Shown here one piece after another: positions 18,870 through 26,631 of a stretch of DNA of 64,000 bases. The position numbers and the translations under genes are program-made. Numbering within the stretch: the stretch's first letter is position 1; every line of letters starts with the position of its first letter. Below the pieces are notes generated by a model, which saw only the letters and a program-made list of their open reading frames with translations, was not told the origin of the DNA and did no database searches. Origin of the DNA: Candidatus Woesebacteria bacterium RBG_13_46_13 (lineage in GTDB: Bacteria > Patescibacteriota > Microgenomatia > UBA8517); the NCBI GenBank assembly GCA_001791995.1, contig MGFR01000001.1, positions 242,638-306,637 of the forward strand. Direction: 5' to 3'.

Positions 18870-20006
18870 CTATAACGTGAGTGGCTCGTAAATATTTTGG
18901 TCGCTTACTGGAGAAATATATTTCGGGGTGGCGGGAGCAGCTCTCTTTGCGATTTCACCCACAATTACCCTGATTAGTTTTTTTGCCATCCGTTCATTTT
19001 TCTTTAACGATAAGTTCCAATCAATTCCTGGCCTTATATTTCCTTCCATAAGGAACACATTGCCACTGTTGCTTACTACCAAATCTAAAGCATAAAGTTC
19101 ACTATCCACGTCGAGGTCTTGAGCGATGCGTTCGGCAAAGACGCGTACCTTTAGCGGCACTTCTTTTAAGGTTATATAGTGAAGTTCACCACCTTGATGT
19201 TCATTACAGCGGAAATCTCCCTTTTTTGCTCTCCTGATATAGACCTGGACAACTCTTTGCCCTACATAGATCATGCGAATATCTATAAACCCCGCGCTTT
19301 TGTTGTAAGCATAGCCGGTATTAAATTGAGCGAATGGCTGAAGTATAAATGAAATATTTTTATTTTTACGCATGATATTTAAAATATCTTTTTGGGGATT
19401 TAATGAGTCCACCAAATAAACATTGTTTCCTCCGGAACCGTATCTGTCCTTGAGAACAAATCTGTTTGAAAAGTCAGAGGCATGAGGATGAGCCGCGGTA
19501 AGTACCCTGATTTTATTTAGCGCAGCATGAACGCCAACAGAGCTTTTATTTGTAACAGCTACTGTTGGAATAGCAAAATCTTCAAGTACACGATATGTCT
19601 TTTGTTTGTCATAAAAAAGTGAGAAGAATGCCGGGCTATTAAATGGTCTTACTTTTGGATCGGAAAAAAGAATATTTATCCGTTGTTTTTGTTTTGAATT
19701 AACCGGAGATAATTTTTCAAAAATAAACTGTGAGTAACACGGCTGGTTTACTTTGATCCATTTGTTGTTTTTATATAACCAGTAACAACTTGCTGTTCCG
19801 CCTCCGATTATATCTTTAGAAGTGACAAAAGCGGATTTTAAATTATTTTTCTCACACGTTTTAAGGAAGTATGAGTAGGACTCATTATAATTAGTCCTAC
19901 CTTTACTTAGTTGGAAAGGTGACAGTACATTGTTATTCGATGAAGCGCTTGCGGCAATTGCGTTGGTGTAAACGACAAGAACATCAAAGGTTTTTATTTT
20001 AGTCAT
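18870..20006 (-). CDS. ATP-grasp fold ligase (RimK/YheCD-like)
   Basis: DKQKTY, FVLKDRYGSGGNNV, ILQPF, DIRMI, ALDL, FLMEGNIRPG. Confidence 0.85.
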   Translation of the reverse strand: MTKIKTFDVLVVYTNAIAASASSNNNVLSPFQLSKGRTNYNESYSYFLKTCEKNNLKSAFVTSKDIIGGGTASCYWLYKNNKWIKVNQPCYSQFIFEKLSPVNSKQKQRINILFSDPKVRPFNSPAFFSLFYDKQKTYRVLEDFAIPTVAVTNKSSVGVHAALNKIRVLTAAHPHASDFSNRFVLKDRYGSGGNNVYLVDSLNPQKDILNIMRKNKNISFILQPFAQFNTGYAYNKSAGFIDIRMIYVGQRVVQVYIRRAKKGDFRCNEHQGGELHYITLKEVPLKVRVFAERIAQDLDVDSELYALDLVVSNSGNVFLMEGNIRPGIDWNLSLKKNERMAKKLIRVIVGEIAKRAAPATPKYISPVSDQNIYEPLTL

Positions 20007-20117
20007 AAGAATGTGCGAAGTAATTAATTTAATTCTCGTGAAGGCAAGCAGAATTAAATATTATAAGCAACTTACCGAGTATACACGAATTTACCTATAA
20101 TTGCTTGTAGAGCTAGC

Positions 20118-20148
20118 TTAGCTGAGCGGGTCGGTCTAGAACCTTATA
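20118..20148. repeat. att-like repeat copy
   Basis: TTAGCTGAGCGGGTCGGTCTAGAACCTTATA; 16/28 ungapped identity to the tRNA-Gln 3' end (21429-21456). Confidence 0.55.
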
Positions 20149-20150
20149 TT

Positions 20151-21242
20151 CTATTTTTCCCCAACCGGCTTTTCACCCTTTTTAATGGATACCAACGCTT
20201 TTTGAAGTTTCATTCCCGCTTCCCAAGACAATTCATCACCCTCGTACTCGCACCTATATAAACCCTGCAGATTCGAGGGAATCTTAACCCGTTTATCCCA
20301 AACCAAAATTACTCTCTCGTCATAAAGAACAAACGCTGTACCGATTTCTATTAGGACGTTTTGATTAATTTCAAATGAAGTTTTGGTCTCTTCTTCCGGA
20401 CTTTTATCTGCAGAGACGCTTATGACAGCAGCCTGACACTCTCTCATCTGATCGAGAATTTTTTTGGGGACTGGTATAGCTGTCGTTTCCTCCTCTTCGG
20501 CAACTACTGGTTCAAAGCCTCCTAATTCAAGTGAGGTTTTAATCTGATCAAGAATTTTCGAGTTTTTTCCATGAGAGATAAACACTTTGAGGGTTTGACT
20601 TGCCGCAGGGGGTTCGGATACGATGGGTGTTGTCGATTCTTCTTGTTCTTGAGGCTCTTGTTCCAAAAGTGTTTCCGGGGCGGTTGTTGGTTGTTGAGTG
20701 CCAACCGCATCGGTTTTTGAAAGTTGCACAAACAAATTGCCCGTTATATTCGCTAAGATTCCTACAAAATTTCCATTTTCTTTAAGAATACCGAGAGCTT
20801 CTTTGGCCCTTTCAGACGGTACCCCCATACCGACAAGAACATTAATGGCTATATCTTCTCTGGGAAATTTATTACGATCATACTTCTCATAAAAACTCTT
20901 GAGTATTCTGGGATTTAAAGCTGCTTTTATTAGGGCCTGTTTGTCTTGGTTCTCTTCGGTGGGCATAATTATTTTACGACCCAGATCTGTTAATCCAACC
21001 TCTTTGGCGTTATATCCCCCCGTCGTCAAACCATAGGCAACGGAAGCCCCGGTTAGATATCGCCAGTCTGAGCTTGTGGGAGACCTATTTATCGCGCCAG
21101 CTATGTCTAAAGGGGTTGCCGACTTAGCGGCAAAATTATCAACAAGAGCTTTGGCTATAACTAAAGACTCCTTCAACGTCACACGAGGAAAATCGGTTTG
21201 AGACAGAATTGAAAATTTTTTAGTTCCTGTTTCTCCTGTCAT
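20151..21242 (-). CDS. wHTH-like N-terminus plus TIR-like (CAP12/Pycsar-type) domain protein
   Basis: C-terminal KVFISHGKN..NQNVLIEIG..IPSNLQGL; start set at MTGETG because the longer ORF runs into the tRNA. Confidence 0.8.
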   Translation of the reverse strand: MTGETGTKKFSILSQTDFPRVTLKESLVIAKALVDNFAAKSATPLDIAGAINRSPTSSDWRYLTGASVAYGLTTGGYNAKEVGLTDLGRKIIMPTEENQDKQALIKAALNPRILKSFYEKYDRNKFPREDIAINVLVGMGVPSERAKEALGILKENGNFVGILANITGNLFVQLSKTDAVGTQQPTTAPETLLEQEPQEQEESTTPIVSEPPAASQTLKVFISHGKNSKILDQIKTSLELGGFEPVVAEEEETTAIPVPKKILDQMRECQAAVISVSADKSPEEETKTSFEINQNVLIEIGTAFVLYDERVILVWDKRVKIPSNLQGLYRCEYEGDELSWEAGMKLQKALVSIKKGEKPVGEK

Positions 21243-21429
21243 TGCACGAACATTATAAACACAAGTATTTCGGCCTGTCAAGTGTTTGTTCTGCCCAATA
21301 TCTGATTGTCTTTTAAACTTAACGTGCCCGGATAATTGGCGTGTCGTACGAATATTCCATGAATAAATCATCGGTTTTGAAGGTGTTTTAGGGCTATTCG
21401 AGGCGTCTCGGTCACTGGGGTGCCCTGTT

Positions 21430-21503
21430 TGGCTGCGGGATAGGGATTCGAACCCCAATACCAGCCTCCAGAGGGCTGTGTCCTACCGTTAGACGATCCC
21501 GCA
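21430..21503 (-). tRNA. tRNA-Gln(CTG)
   Basis: Reverse complement TGCGGGATCGTCTAACGGTAGGACACAGCC-CTCTGGA-GGCTGGTATTGGGGTTCGAATCCCTATCCCGCAGCCA; CCA encoded. Confidence 0.96.
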
Positions 21504-21542
21504 ATGTGGCATAATTATAGCAAATAAGGGTAAAATATTCGT

Positions 21543-21893
21543 ATGCTAAAGTCTTTCTATCTTTTGGTAGTTGCCCACTTTGTCGCGGACTTTATTCTTC
21601 AGGGACACTTCCTGTCGGTTAAGAAAAGGGGATTGAATAAGTATATGCTGGCCCACACGGCCATTATGGCTTTGGCTTTCTTCCTGCCCCTCATCAATTA
21701 TCCTTCCGGAAAGGTGGTTCTGGGAACGGCTATTATTCTTGTCGTTCATGCCCTGATTGATGCGGTGAGGGGGGAATCAACACGGATTTTTAAAGTTGTC
21801 CCCGGAACCTATCTTTATGCGTTTTCCTTGGGCCTGGACCAGATTGCCCATATAACTACGCTCTATTTCGTCTTCACCAGGTTGATAATCTAA
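21543..21893 (+). CDS. DUF3307 membrane protein
   Basis: AHFVADFILQ, HALID, DQIAH motifs. Confidence 0.85.
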   Translation: MLKSFYLLVVAHFVADFILQGHFLSVKKRGLNKYMLAHTAIMALAFFLPLINYPSGKVVLGTAIILVVHALIDAVRGESTRIFKVVPGTYLYAFSLGLDQIAHITTLYFVFTRLII

Positions 21894-21904
21894 GCCCCAT
21901 AGTA

Positions 21905-21965
21905 TATAATCCAGCCTCGTTCGTTGACAACTTCGAAAGCAGCTGGAGAAGCCAAAAAGGGAGGC
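21905..21965 (+). promoter_or_regulatory. Unit 1 leader: -10, boxA-like, 5' pairing arm, SD
   Basis: TATAAT 21905-21910; GTTCGTTGACAA 21919-21930; arm 21928-21940; GGGAGG before ATG 21970. Confidence 0.7.
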
Positions 21966-21969
21966 TACG

Positions 21970-22260
21970 ATGCAAAAGCCAGGGGAATTCGTACATGCAG
22001 GAATGGAAAGAGCTCGAAGGAAGATCTCGCCTGCGGTAATCGTTCTTTCTCTCGTGCTCTTCGTCGGTTTGCTGGTGGGCATAAAGATGCTCTTCGGCGA
22101 GCCAACCTCGGCAGAAGCATTTGCCGCGGCATTCGTTTGTCCGGAAGCACCGGCACCCTTCGTTCTTCAGCAGAACTTGGTCGCCGATGTTGACGGGCAG
22201 CGGCTCTACATCGCCTGCGCCTGGGTAGGAGGTCTTCCTCAAGAAGCCCCTTTACCGTAA
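21970..22260 (+). CDS. Membrane-anchored hypothetical protein (N-terminal part of a possibly frameshifted gene)
   Basis: Strong SD, TM segment; joins the next ORF by -1 shift at C CCT TTA (22248-22254). Confidence 0.7.
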   Translation: MQKPGEFVHAGMERARRKISPAVIVLSLVLFVGLLVGIKMLFGEPTSAEAFAAAFVCPEAPAPFVLQQNLVADVDGQRLYIACAWVGGLPQEAPLP

Positions 22261-22622
22261 GCGCGGGGGTTGCCGAGCCTGTTTCTGCCGCCGGCTTGGT
22301 AGCCACTGGAGAAACCGTCCTTGTGAGGACATCGCACTACTGGCCGCCCTTGGGTGGGCCAAACTGCGCTCGCTTTGAAAACGGCGAGTGCGTCAGCAGG
22401 ATGTCCAGCGGGGAAGCCTGGCAGGATTGGACCGAACGGGCAATCGCTTGCCCTACCGAATGGGAATTCGGCACACGGCTTGAGGTTGCCGGGCGTGAGT
22501 GGGTCTGCATGGACCGCGGCGGAGCCATCGTAATTGAAGATGGAATCGCCTGGGTCGACATGCTCACTCCAGTTGGACTGTTTCCGCACGGAACGGTTCT
22601 TGAAGCAACGCTTGTTCGTTGA
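22251..22622 (+). CDS. 3D (Asp-Asp-Asp)-domain-like protein, probable C-terminal part of the 21970 gene
   Basis: ACPTEWEFGTRLEV..VCMDRGGAI..WVDML resembles the 3D domain; frame open from at least 22251; no own SD. Confidence 0.6.
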   Translation, partial: FTVSAGVAEPVSAAGLVATGETVLVRTSHYWPPLGGPNCARFENGECVSRMSSGEAWQDWTERAIACPTEWEFGTRLEVAGREWVCMDRGGAIVIEDGIAWVDMLTPVGLFPHGTVLEATLVR

Positions 22623-22625
22623 ATA

Positions 22626-22638
22626 GCTTTCGAAGTTG
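22626..22638 (+). repeat. Unit 1 trailer arm
   Basis: GCTTTCGAAGTTG is the exact reverse complement of CAACTTCGAAAGC (21928-21940). Confidence 0.85.
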
Positions 22639-22640
22639 AT

Positions 22641-22686
22641 TGCCGGGGGCAAAATCTATCTCGTGAGAGATGATCAGCCCCCGGCA
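22641..22686. terminator. Hairpin shared by two convergent units
   Basis: TGCCGGGGGC/GCCCCCGGCA 10-bp stem enclosing ATCTC-GTGA-GAGAT. Confidence 0.75.
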
Positions 22687-22696
22687 TTCGCTTTCG

Positions 22697-22711
22697 CATT
22701 AAACATCCGCC
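22697..22711 (-). repeat. Unit 2 trailer arm
   Basis: mRNA GGCGGAUGUUUAAUG pairs with leader CAUUAAAUGUCCGCC (23032-23018): 15 bp including 2 G-U. Confidence 0.85.
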
Positions 22712-22726
22712 TGGTTCTTGTCCAGC

Positions 22727-22972
22727 CTACGTCCCTTCGGGAATCTTGATCAGAGACCAGCCCTTCCTTGTGAGATCGAGCCTACCGTCCCTTTTCTGCC
22801 GAATAATACCGGCTCTCCTTGGCAACTTGGTTGCCTTACTGTTGAGGAAAGCGTGACGCGTCATCCTCTTCTGAACCCCCTCCGCAAGTTCTACCAGCAG
22901 GAGCAAAGAACAACGCGAGCAACCCAACCTCTTCAGGAACTTTTCGAGCTTGGTGAAGTCGTAGGCAGACAC
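22727..22972 (-). CDS. Small basic hypothetical protein, possible winged helix
   Basis: GGAGG SD before GTG; RRAGIIRQKRDGRLDLTRKG resembles a wHTH wing. Confidence 0.65.
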   Translation of the reverse strand: MSAYDFTKLEKFLKRLGCSRCSLLLLVELAEGVQKRMTRHAFLNSKATKLPRRAGIIRQKRDGRLDLTRKGWSLIKIPEGT

Positions 22973-23017
22973 TGTTCCCTCCGCAGAGAATGGTGTTCGG
23001 ACTTACCCAGGCTAGTC

Positions 23018-23076
23018 GGCGGACATTTAATGTGCGACAGTAGCAAAATTCTACGCTTTAGCCTCAAAATTGTCAA
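23018..23076 (-). promoter_or_regulatory. Unit 2 promoter plus boxA-like element and 5' arm
   Basis: TTGACA(23076-23071)-17 nt-TAGAAT(23053-23048); GCACATTAAATG (23035-23024). Confidence 0.75.
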
Positions 23077-23108
23077 CCGATTAGAGAATGTGGGTATAAT
23101 AAAAAACG

Positions 23109-24245
23109 TTGAAAAAATTATTACCCTTGCTAATAATTGCAGTTTTAATTGGAGCTTTATTTCTACTTGGCCAAAAATACCTCCGTTCCAATGTCAATAT
23201 CGATATTCTGACCCAGATAGCTCAACCCGGGAAAAATAGCGAAAAATCCCTGCCCTCAAGCTCCCAGCTTGCGGGTTTGGAGATCTTTGCAGATCTTAAG
23301 GGGGCTTTGCCCCGGGCTCTGGCCTTTGACAAAAACGGAGTTCTTTTCGCCTCCGTCCCCGCCCAGGGCAAAATTATTGCCCTGCCCGATGCAAACAGAG
23401 ACGGCAAGGCGGATAGGATTGTTGAAGTAATAACCGGTTTGTCTCGGCCGCACGGTATCGCCTTTGACGGGAATTTTATATATATCGGGGAAACCGACAA
23501 GGTAGTGCGGGCCAGCTACAATGCCGATAACTTCACTATTGGGTCTTTGCAAACTCTTTTTTCTTTGCCGGATGGAGGCAGACACTTTACCCGAACGATA
23601 AGAGTCCTGAAAGATAAACTTTATACTTCCGTGGGCTCCTCCTGCGATACCTGTGTCGAAAAGGATGAGTATCGTGCTGCTATTTTGGTTTCTAATCTCG
23701 ACGGGAGCGGGTTGAGGGTTTTTGCCAGAGGTTTAAGAAATAGCGTATTTTTTACCTTCGATTCTCAAGGAAAACTCTGGGGAGCGGATATGGGTAGGGA
23801 TTTCTTGGGAGATAACCTACCCCCGGATGAGATAAATATTATTGAGGACGGCAAAGACTACGGTTGGCCTTATTGTTATGGGGATAGGCTTAGGGATAGC
23901 AATTTTATGCCCGGTCAAAAGACTGACTACTGCTTAAGTACGCAAAGCCCTCTTTATCAGCTGCCTGCGCACGTTGCTCCTTTAGGCGTGGTTTTCGATA
24001 AAGACGGAAATTTATTGGTGGCGCTACACGGCTCATGGAATTCGACTGTTCCCGTTGGTTATAAAATTGTTAAACTTAATCTAACCAAAGGAAAGGTCGT
24101 CCAGGTAGACGATTTTGTAACGGGGTTTATTACGCCCGCAGGTAAAGTTGTGGGACGACCGGTGGATTTGATTTTCAATAAAGAAGGAGAGCTTTTTGTC
24201 TCCGACGATTACGCTGGAGTTATTTATTTATTGCGCACAAAATGA
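23109..24245 (+). CDS. PQQ-dependent sugar/sorbosone dehydrogenase family beta-propeller
   Basis: RPHGIAF, SVGSSCD, GLRN, DYGWPYC, HGSWN, GRPVD. Confidence 0.9.
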   Translation: MKKLLPLLIIAVLIGALFLLGQKYLRSNVNIDILTQIAQPGKNSEKSLPSSSQLAGLEIFADLKGALPRALAFDKNGVLFASVPAQGKIIALPDANRDGKADRIVEVITGLSRPHGIAFDGNFIYIGETDKVVRASYNADNFTIGSLQTLFSLPDGGRHFTRTIRVLKDKLYTSVGSSCDTCVEKDEYRAAILVSNLDGSGLRVFARGLRNSVFFTFDSQGKLWGADMGRDFLGDNLPPDEINIIEDGKDYGWPYCYGDRLRDSNFMPGQKTDYCLSTQSPLYQLPAHVAPLGVVFDKDGNLLVALHGSWNSTVPVGYKIVKLNLTKGKVVQVDDFVTGFITPAGKVVGRPVDLIFNKEGELFVSDDYAGVIYLLRTK

Positions 24246-24982
24246 TGGGATTTATAAGTTCGATATTTTTAGGAATCATTCAGGGCTTAACCGAATTTCT
24301 GCCGGTTTCATCCTCGGGGCATTTGGTTTTGGCCCAGAGCCTTATTCCGGGATTTAGACAGCCGGGAATACTTTTTGACGTGATCCTACATTTTGCGACA
24401 CTTTTTGCGGTTTTATTCTACTTCAGGAAAGGAATATTTAAGCTTGGTTTGGGCTATCTTTGGTATCTGGCAGTCGGTACTGTTCCTGCTGTTGTCATCG
24501 GGTTCTTGTTCAAAGATGCGATTGAGGGGATGTTCCAATCAGCCAAGTTTCTGGGGTTTGAGTTTATGATTTCGGGGCTTATCAATCTGGCGATTTATAA
24601 GATAAAACCCGGCAAGAAGGCAGTCAATGCCAAGAATTCCTTTTTAACCGGAATTGCCCAGGCGGTGGCTATTATCCCCGCCATCTCCAGGTCGGGTTCA
24701 ACCATTTTTAGCGGTGTGGCCCAGGGCATTGAGCCCAAAAAGGCGGTTGAATTCTCATTCCTTTTATCCGTACCTGCCATTTTGGGAGCCAACATTCTGG
24801 AAATTGCCAGCCATGGACCGGGAGGGGGCTTTGTAGTTTCCGATTATCTGGTCGGATTTGTAGCTGCTTTTGCTTCGGGCTTTTTTGCGATCGGTTTGGT
24901 TCTAAAACTTCTTTTAAACAGGAAGTTCAAATTCTTCGCTTACTACTGCTTTATTCTGGGGGCGATAACGCTTCTCATTTAG
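24245..24982 (+). CDS. uppP: Undecaprenyl-diphosphate phosphatase (BacA)
   Basis: QGLTEFLPVSSSGHL, PAISRSGST, FSFLLSVP. Confidence 0.95.
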   Translation: MGFISSIFLGIIQGLTEFLPVSSSGHLVLAQSLIPGFRQPGILFDVILHFATLFAVLFYFRKGIFKLGLGYLWYLAVGTVPAVVIGFLFKDAIEGMFQSAKFLGFEFMISGLINLAIYKIKPGKKAVNAKNSFLTGIAQAVAIIPAISRSGSTIFSGVAQGIEPKKAVEFSFLLSVPAILGANILEIASHGPGGGFVVSDYLVGFVAAFASGFFAIGLVLKLLLNRKFKFFAYYCFILGAITLLI

Positions 24983-25335
24983 AGGATCTTCGGCAGAAAA
25001 AGAAACCCACCGACAATCAAAGAGAGGGCGGCGGAAACAAAAACCGCTGCGGCGGAGACGTCCTTGGCTACCTTGGCCTTGGCTCTTGTCCTGGGGCTCA
25101 CTATGTCGACAATTGCTTCAAGAGTGGTATTTATTAGCTCGAGAATAAAAACAAAGGCGATGGTAAAAAACAGCACTATCCACTCAAATCTGGAAAACTT
25201 CAGATAATAGGCCAGAGCCGCGGCAATGATGCCGATTACCAGGTGGATCCTTAAGTTGGGTTCATTTTTCAAAGCCAGCTTAATGCCCGAAAAAGCGTAG
25301 GAAAAGCTAGCCAGGGTCGAGTGGGACTTGCTCAT
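24979..25335 (-). CDS. dgkA: Diacylglycerol/undecaprenol kinase (DgkA family)
   Basis: FSYAFSGI..EPNLRIH, ELINTTLEAIVD, AKDVSAAAV. Confidence 0.92.
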   Translation of the reverse strand: MSKSHSTLASFSYAFSGIKLALKNEPNLRIHLVIGIIAAALAYYLKFSRFEWIVLFFTIAFVFILELINTTLEAIVDIVSPRTRAKAKVAKDVSAAAVFVSAALSLIVGGFLFLPKIL

Positions 25336-25406
25336 ATTAAAAGTATAACCCAAAAACCCACTTCTTAACCAATAGCCATTAATCTGGGGGTGTGCTAGGA
25401 TAATTT

Positions 25407-26084
25407 ATGGCCAAAAAGAGAAACCATAAAAATATCCTTTTCTTTATAATTGGAGTTCCTGTTTTTCTCATCGTTGCTCTGGGGCTGATCTCTTTCACCG
25501 CCAAGAAGTCGCTTTTTAGCGCCAATGCCTGCGGGTGCACCATCTCCGAGAATATCGACCCCAACGCCAAAGAAGGAACTTTTGAAGGAAAGAAAGTGAA
25601 CGTTCCTGCGCTTGCGGGAGAGATCAAGGAACCTGTTTTGGGTGCCTCCTCGGCCGAACGTTGGATCGAGGTTGACCTTTCCGAGCAGAAAATCAGGGCT
25701 TGGGAGGGCAGCCAGTTGTATCTGGAATCTCTGGTTTCAACCGGGCTACCCTGGTGGCCTACTCCTCAAGGGGAATTTCGCATCTGGGCCAAGGCGAGAG
25801 CCACCAAAATGGAGGGGGGTTCGGGCAGATACTATTACTACCTGCCCAATGTTCCCTACGTGATGTTTTTTGAGAACGGGGAGGTGCCCGGCTGGAGGGG
25901 CTTTAGCCTGCACGGAACCTACTGGCACAACGATTTCGGCAGGGTACATTCCCACGGTTGCGTAAATTTACCCACCCCGATTGCCGAGAAGCTTTTCTAC
26001 TGGACCAACCCGGCCTCGGAAGGCAAGGGTTTTATCCGGACCGATGCAGCCAATCCCGGCACCCGCATAGTTATTCATGAATGA
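25407..26084 (+). CDS. L,D-transpeptidase (YkuD family)
   Basis: IEVDLSEQ, VSTG..TPQG, HGTYWHNDFG..SHGCVNL. Confidence 0.93.
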   Translation: MAKKRNHKNILFFIIGVPVFLIVALGLISFTAKKSLFSANACGCTISENIDPNAKEGTFEGKKVNVPALAGEIKEPVLGASSAERWIEVDLSEQKIRAWEGSQLYLESLVSTGLPWWPTPQGEFRIWAKARATKMEGGSGRYYYYLPNVPYVMFFENGEVPGWRGFSLHGTYWHNDFGRVHSHGCVNLPTPIAEKLFYWTNPASEGKGFIRTDAANPGTRIVIHE

Positions 26085-26580
26085 GATTCTTCTACTGGAT
26101 AGAGGCAGTTGGCTGATTGCATTTTTGGCCAGCTTTCTGGTTTGGATAATGTTCGGAGGTTTGATTGTCCTTTGGCTTATCGACGGTAGGATAAAAAAAG
26201 AACAGGCCCTGCACGCGTTTCTGGCGGCCACCTTTGCCTGGCTGGTTGCCGAGATGCTCAAGACCTTAATTCCCTCCACCCGGCCTTTTGCCATCAACGG
26301 CTATTCGCCGCTGACCCTTACGGTTCCGACGGACAATTCTTTTCCCTCGTCCCACGAAGCTCTGTCTTTTGCCATGGCAGCCAGTATCTGGCTGCACGAC
26401 AAAAAACTGGGGACGGTCTTTGTAATCGGGGCGGCCCTCGTCGGGGCGGGCAGGGTCCTGGCCAATGTCCATTTCGTTTTCGATATTGTAGCCGGAGCGG
26501 GGATTGGAATCATGATTGCTCTGGCTGTATATAAGATGCACCTCCACCAATTATTTTCCCCTAAGTCAAAAAAGCCTTGA
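26077..26580 (+). CDS. PAP2 family phosphatase (BcrC-like)
   Basis: K..RP, SFPSSH, RVLANVHFVFDI. Confidence 0.9.
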   Translation: MNEILLLDRGSWLIAFLASFLVWIMFGGLIVLWLIDGRIKKEQALHAFLAATFAWLVAEMLKTLIPSTRPFAINGYSPLTLTVPTDNSFPSSHEALSFAMAASIWLHDKKLGTVFVIGAALVGAGRVLANVHFVFDIVAGAGIGIMIALAVYKMHLHQLFSPKSKKP

Positions 26581-26610
26581 CATTTAGCAGACGTGTTGTT
26601 AGACTGCTAA
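26577..26610 (+). promoter_or_regulatory. lon promoter overlapped by a CIRCE-like operator
   Basis: TTGACA(26577)-17 nt-TAGACT(26600); TTAGCAGAC-N9-GACTGCTAA at 26584-26610. Confidence 0.8.
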
Positions 26611-26631
26611 ATACTTTTGTGAAATTTAGTT

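Noticed and set aside
16451-20006. Gly-rich repeat protein as a graspetide precursor for the ATP-grasp
   Set aside because: It has a Sec signal peptide, lies outside the repeat-bounded block, and shows no recognisable graspetide leader.
18830-20100. boxA/arm architecture for the ATP-grasp gene
   Set aside because: Only weak 6-7 nt complementarity, no SD and no good boxA match.
17301-21320. CTGCCCAA..TTGTC similarity at 17301 and 21291
   Set aside because: Too short and gapped to tell from chance.
17276-21456. CRISPR array or integron attC array
   Set aside because: Repeats are degenerate, 1.3-1.5 kb apart and not palindromic like attC; no cas or intI gene in the window.
21243-21458. N-terminal 71-aa extension of the TIR ORF in the track
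   Set aside because: It starts inside tRNA-Gln and crosses its trailer; ATG at 21242 is more plausible.
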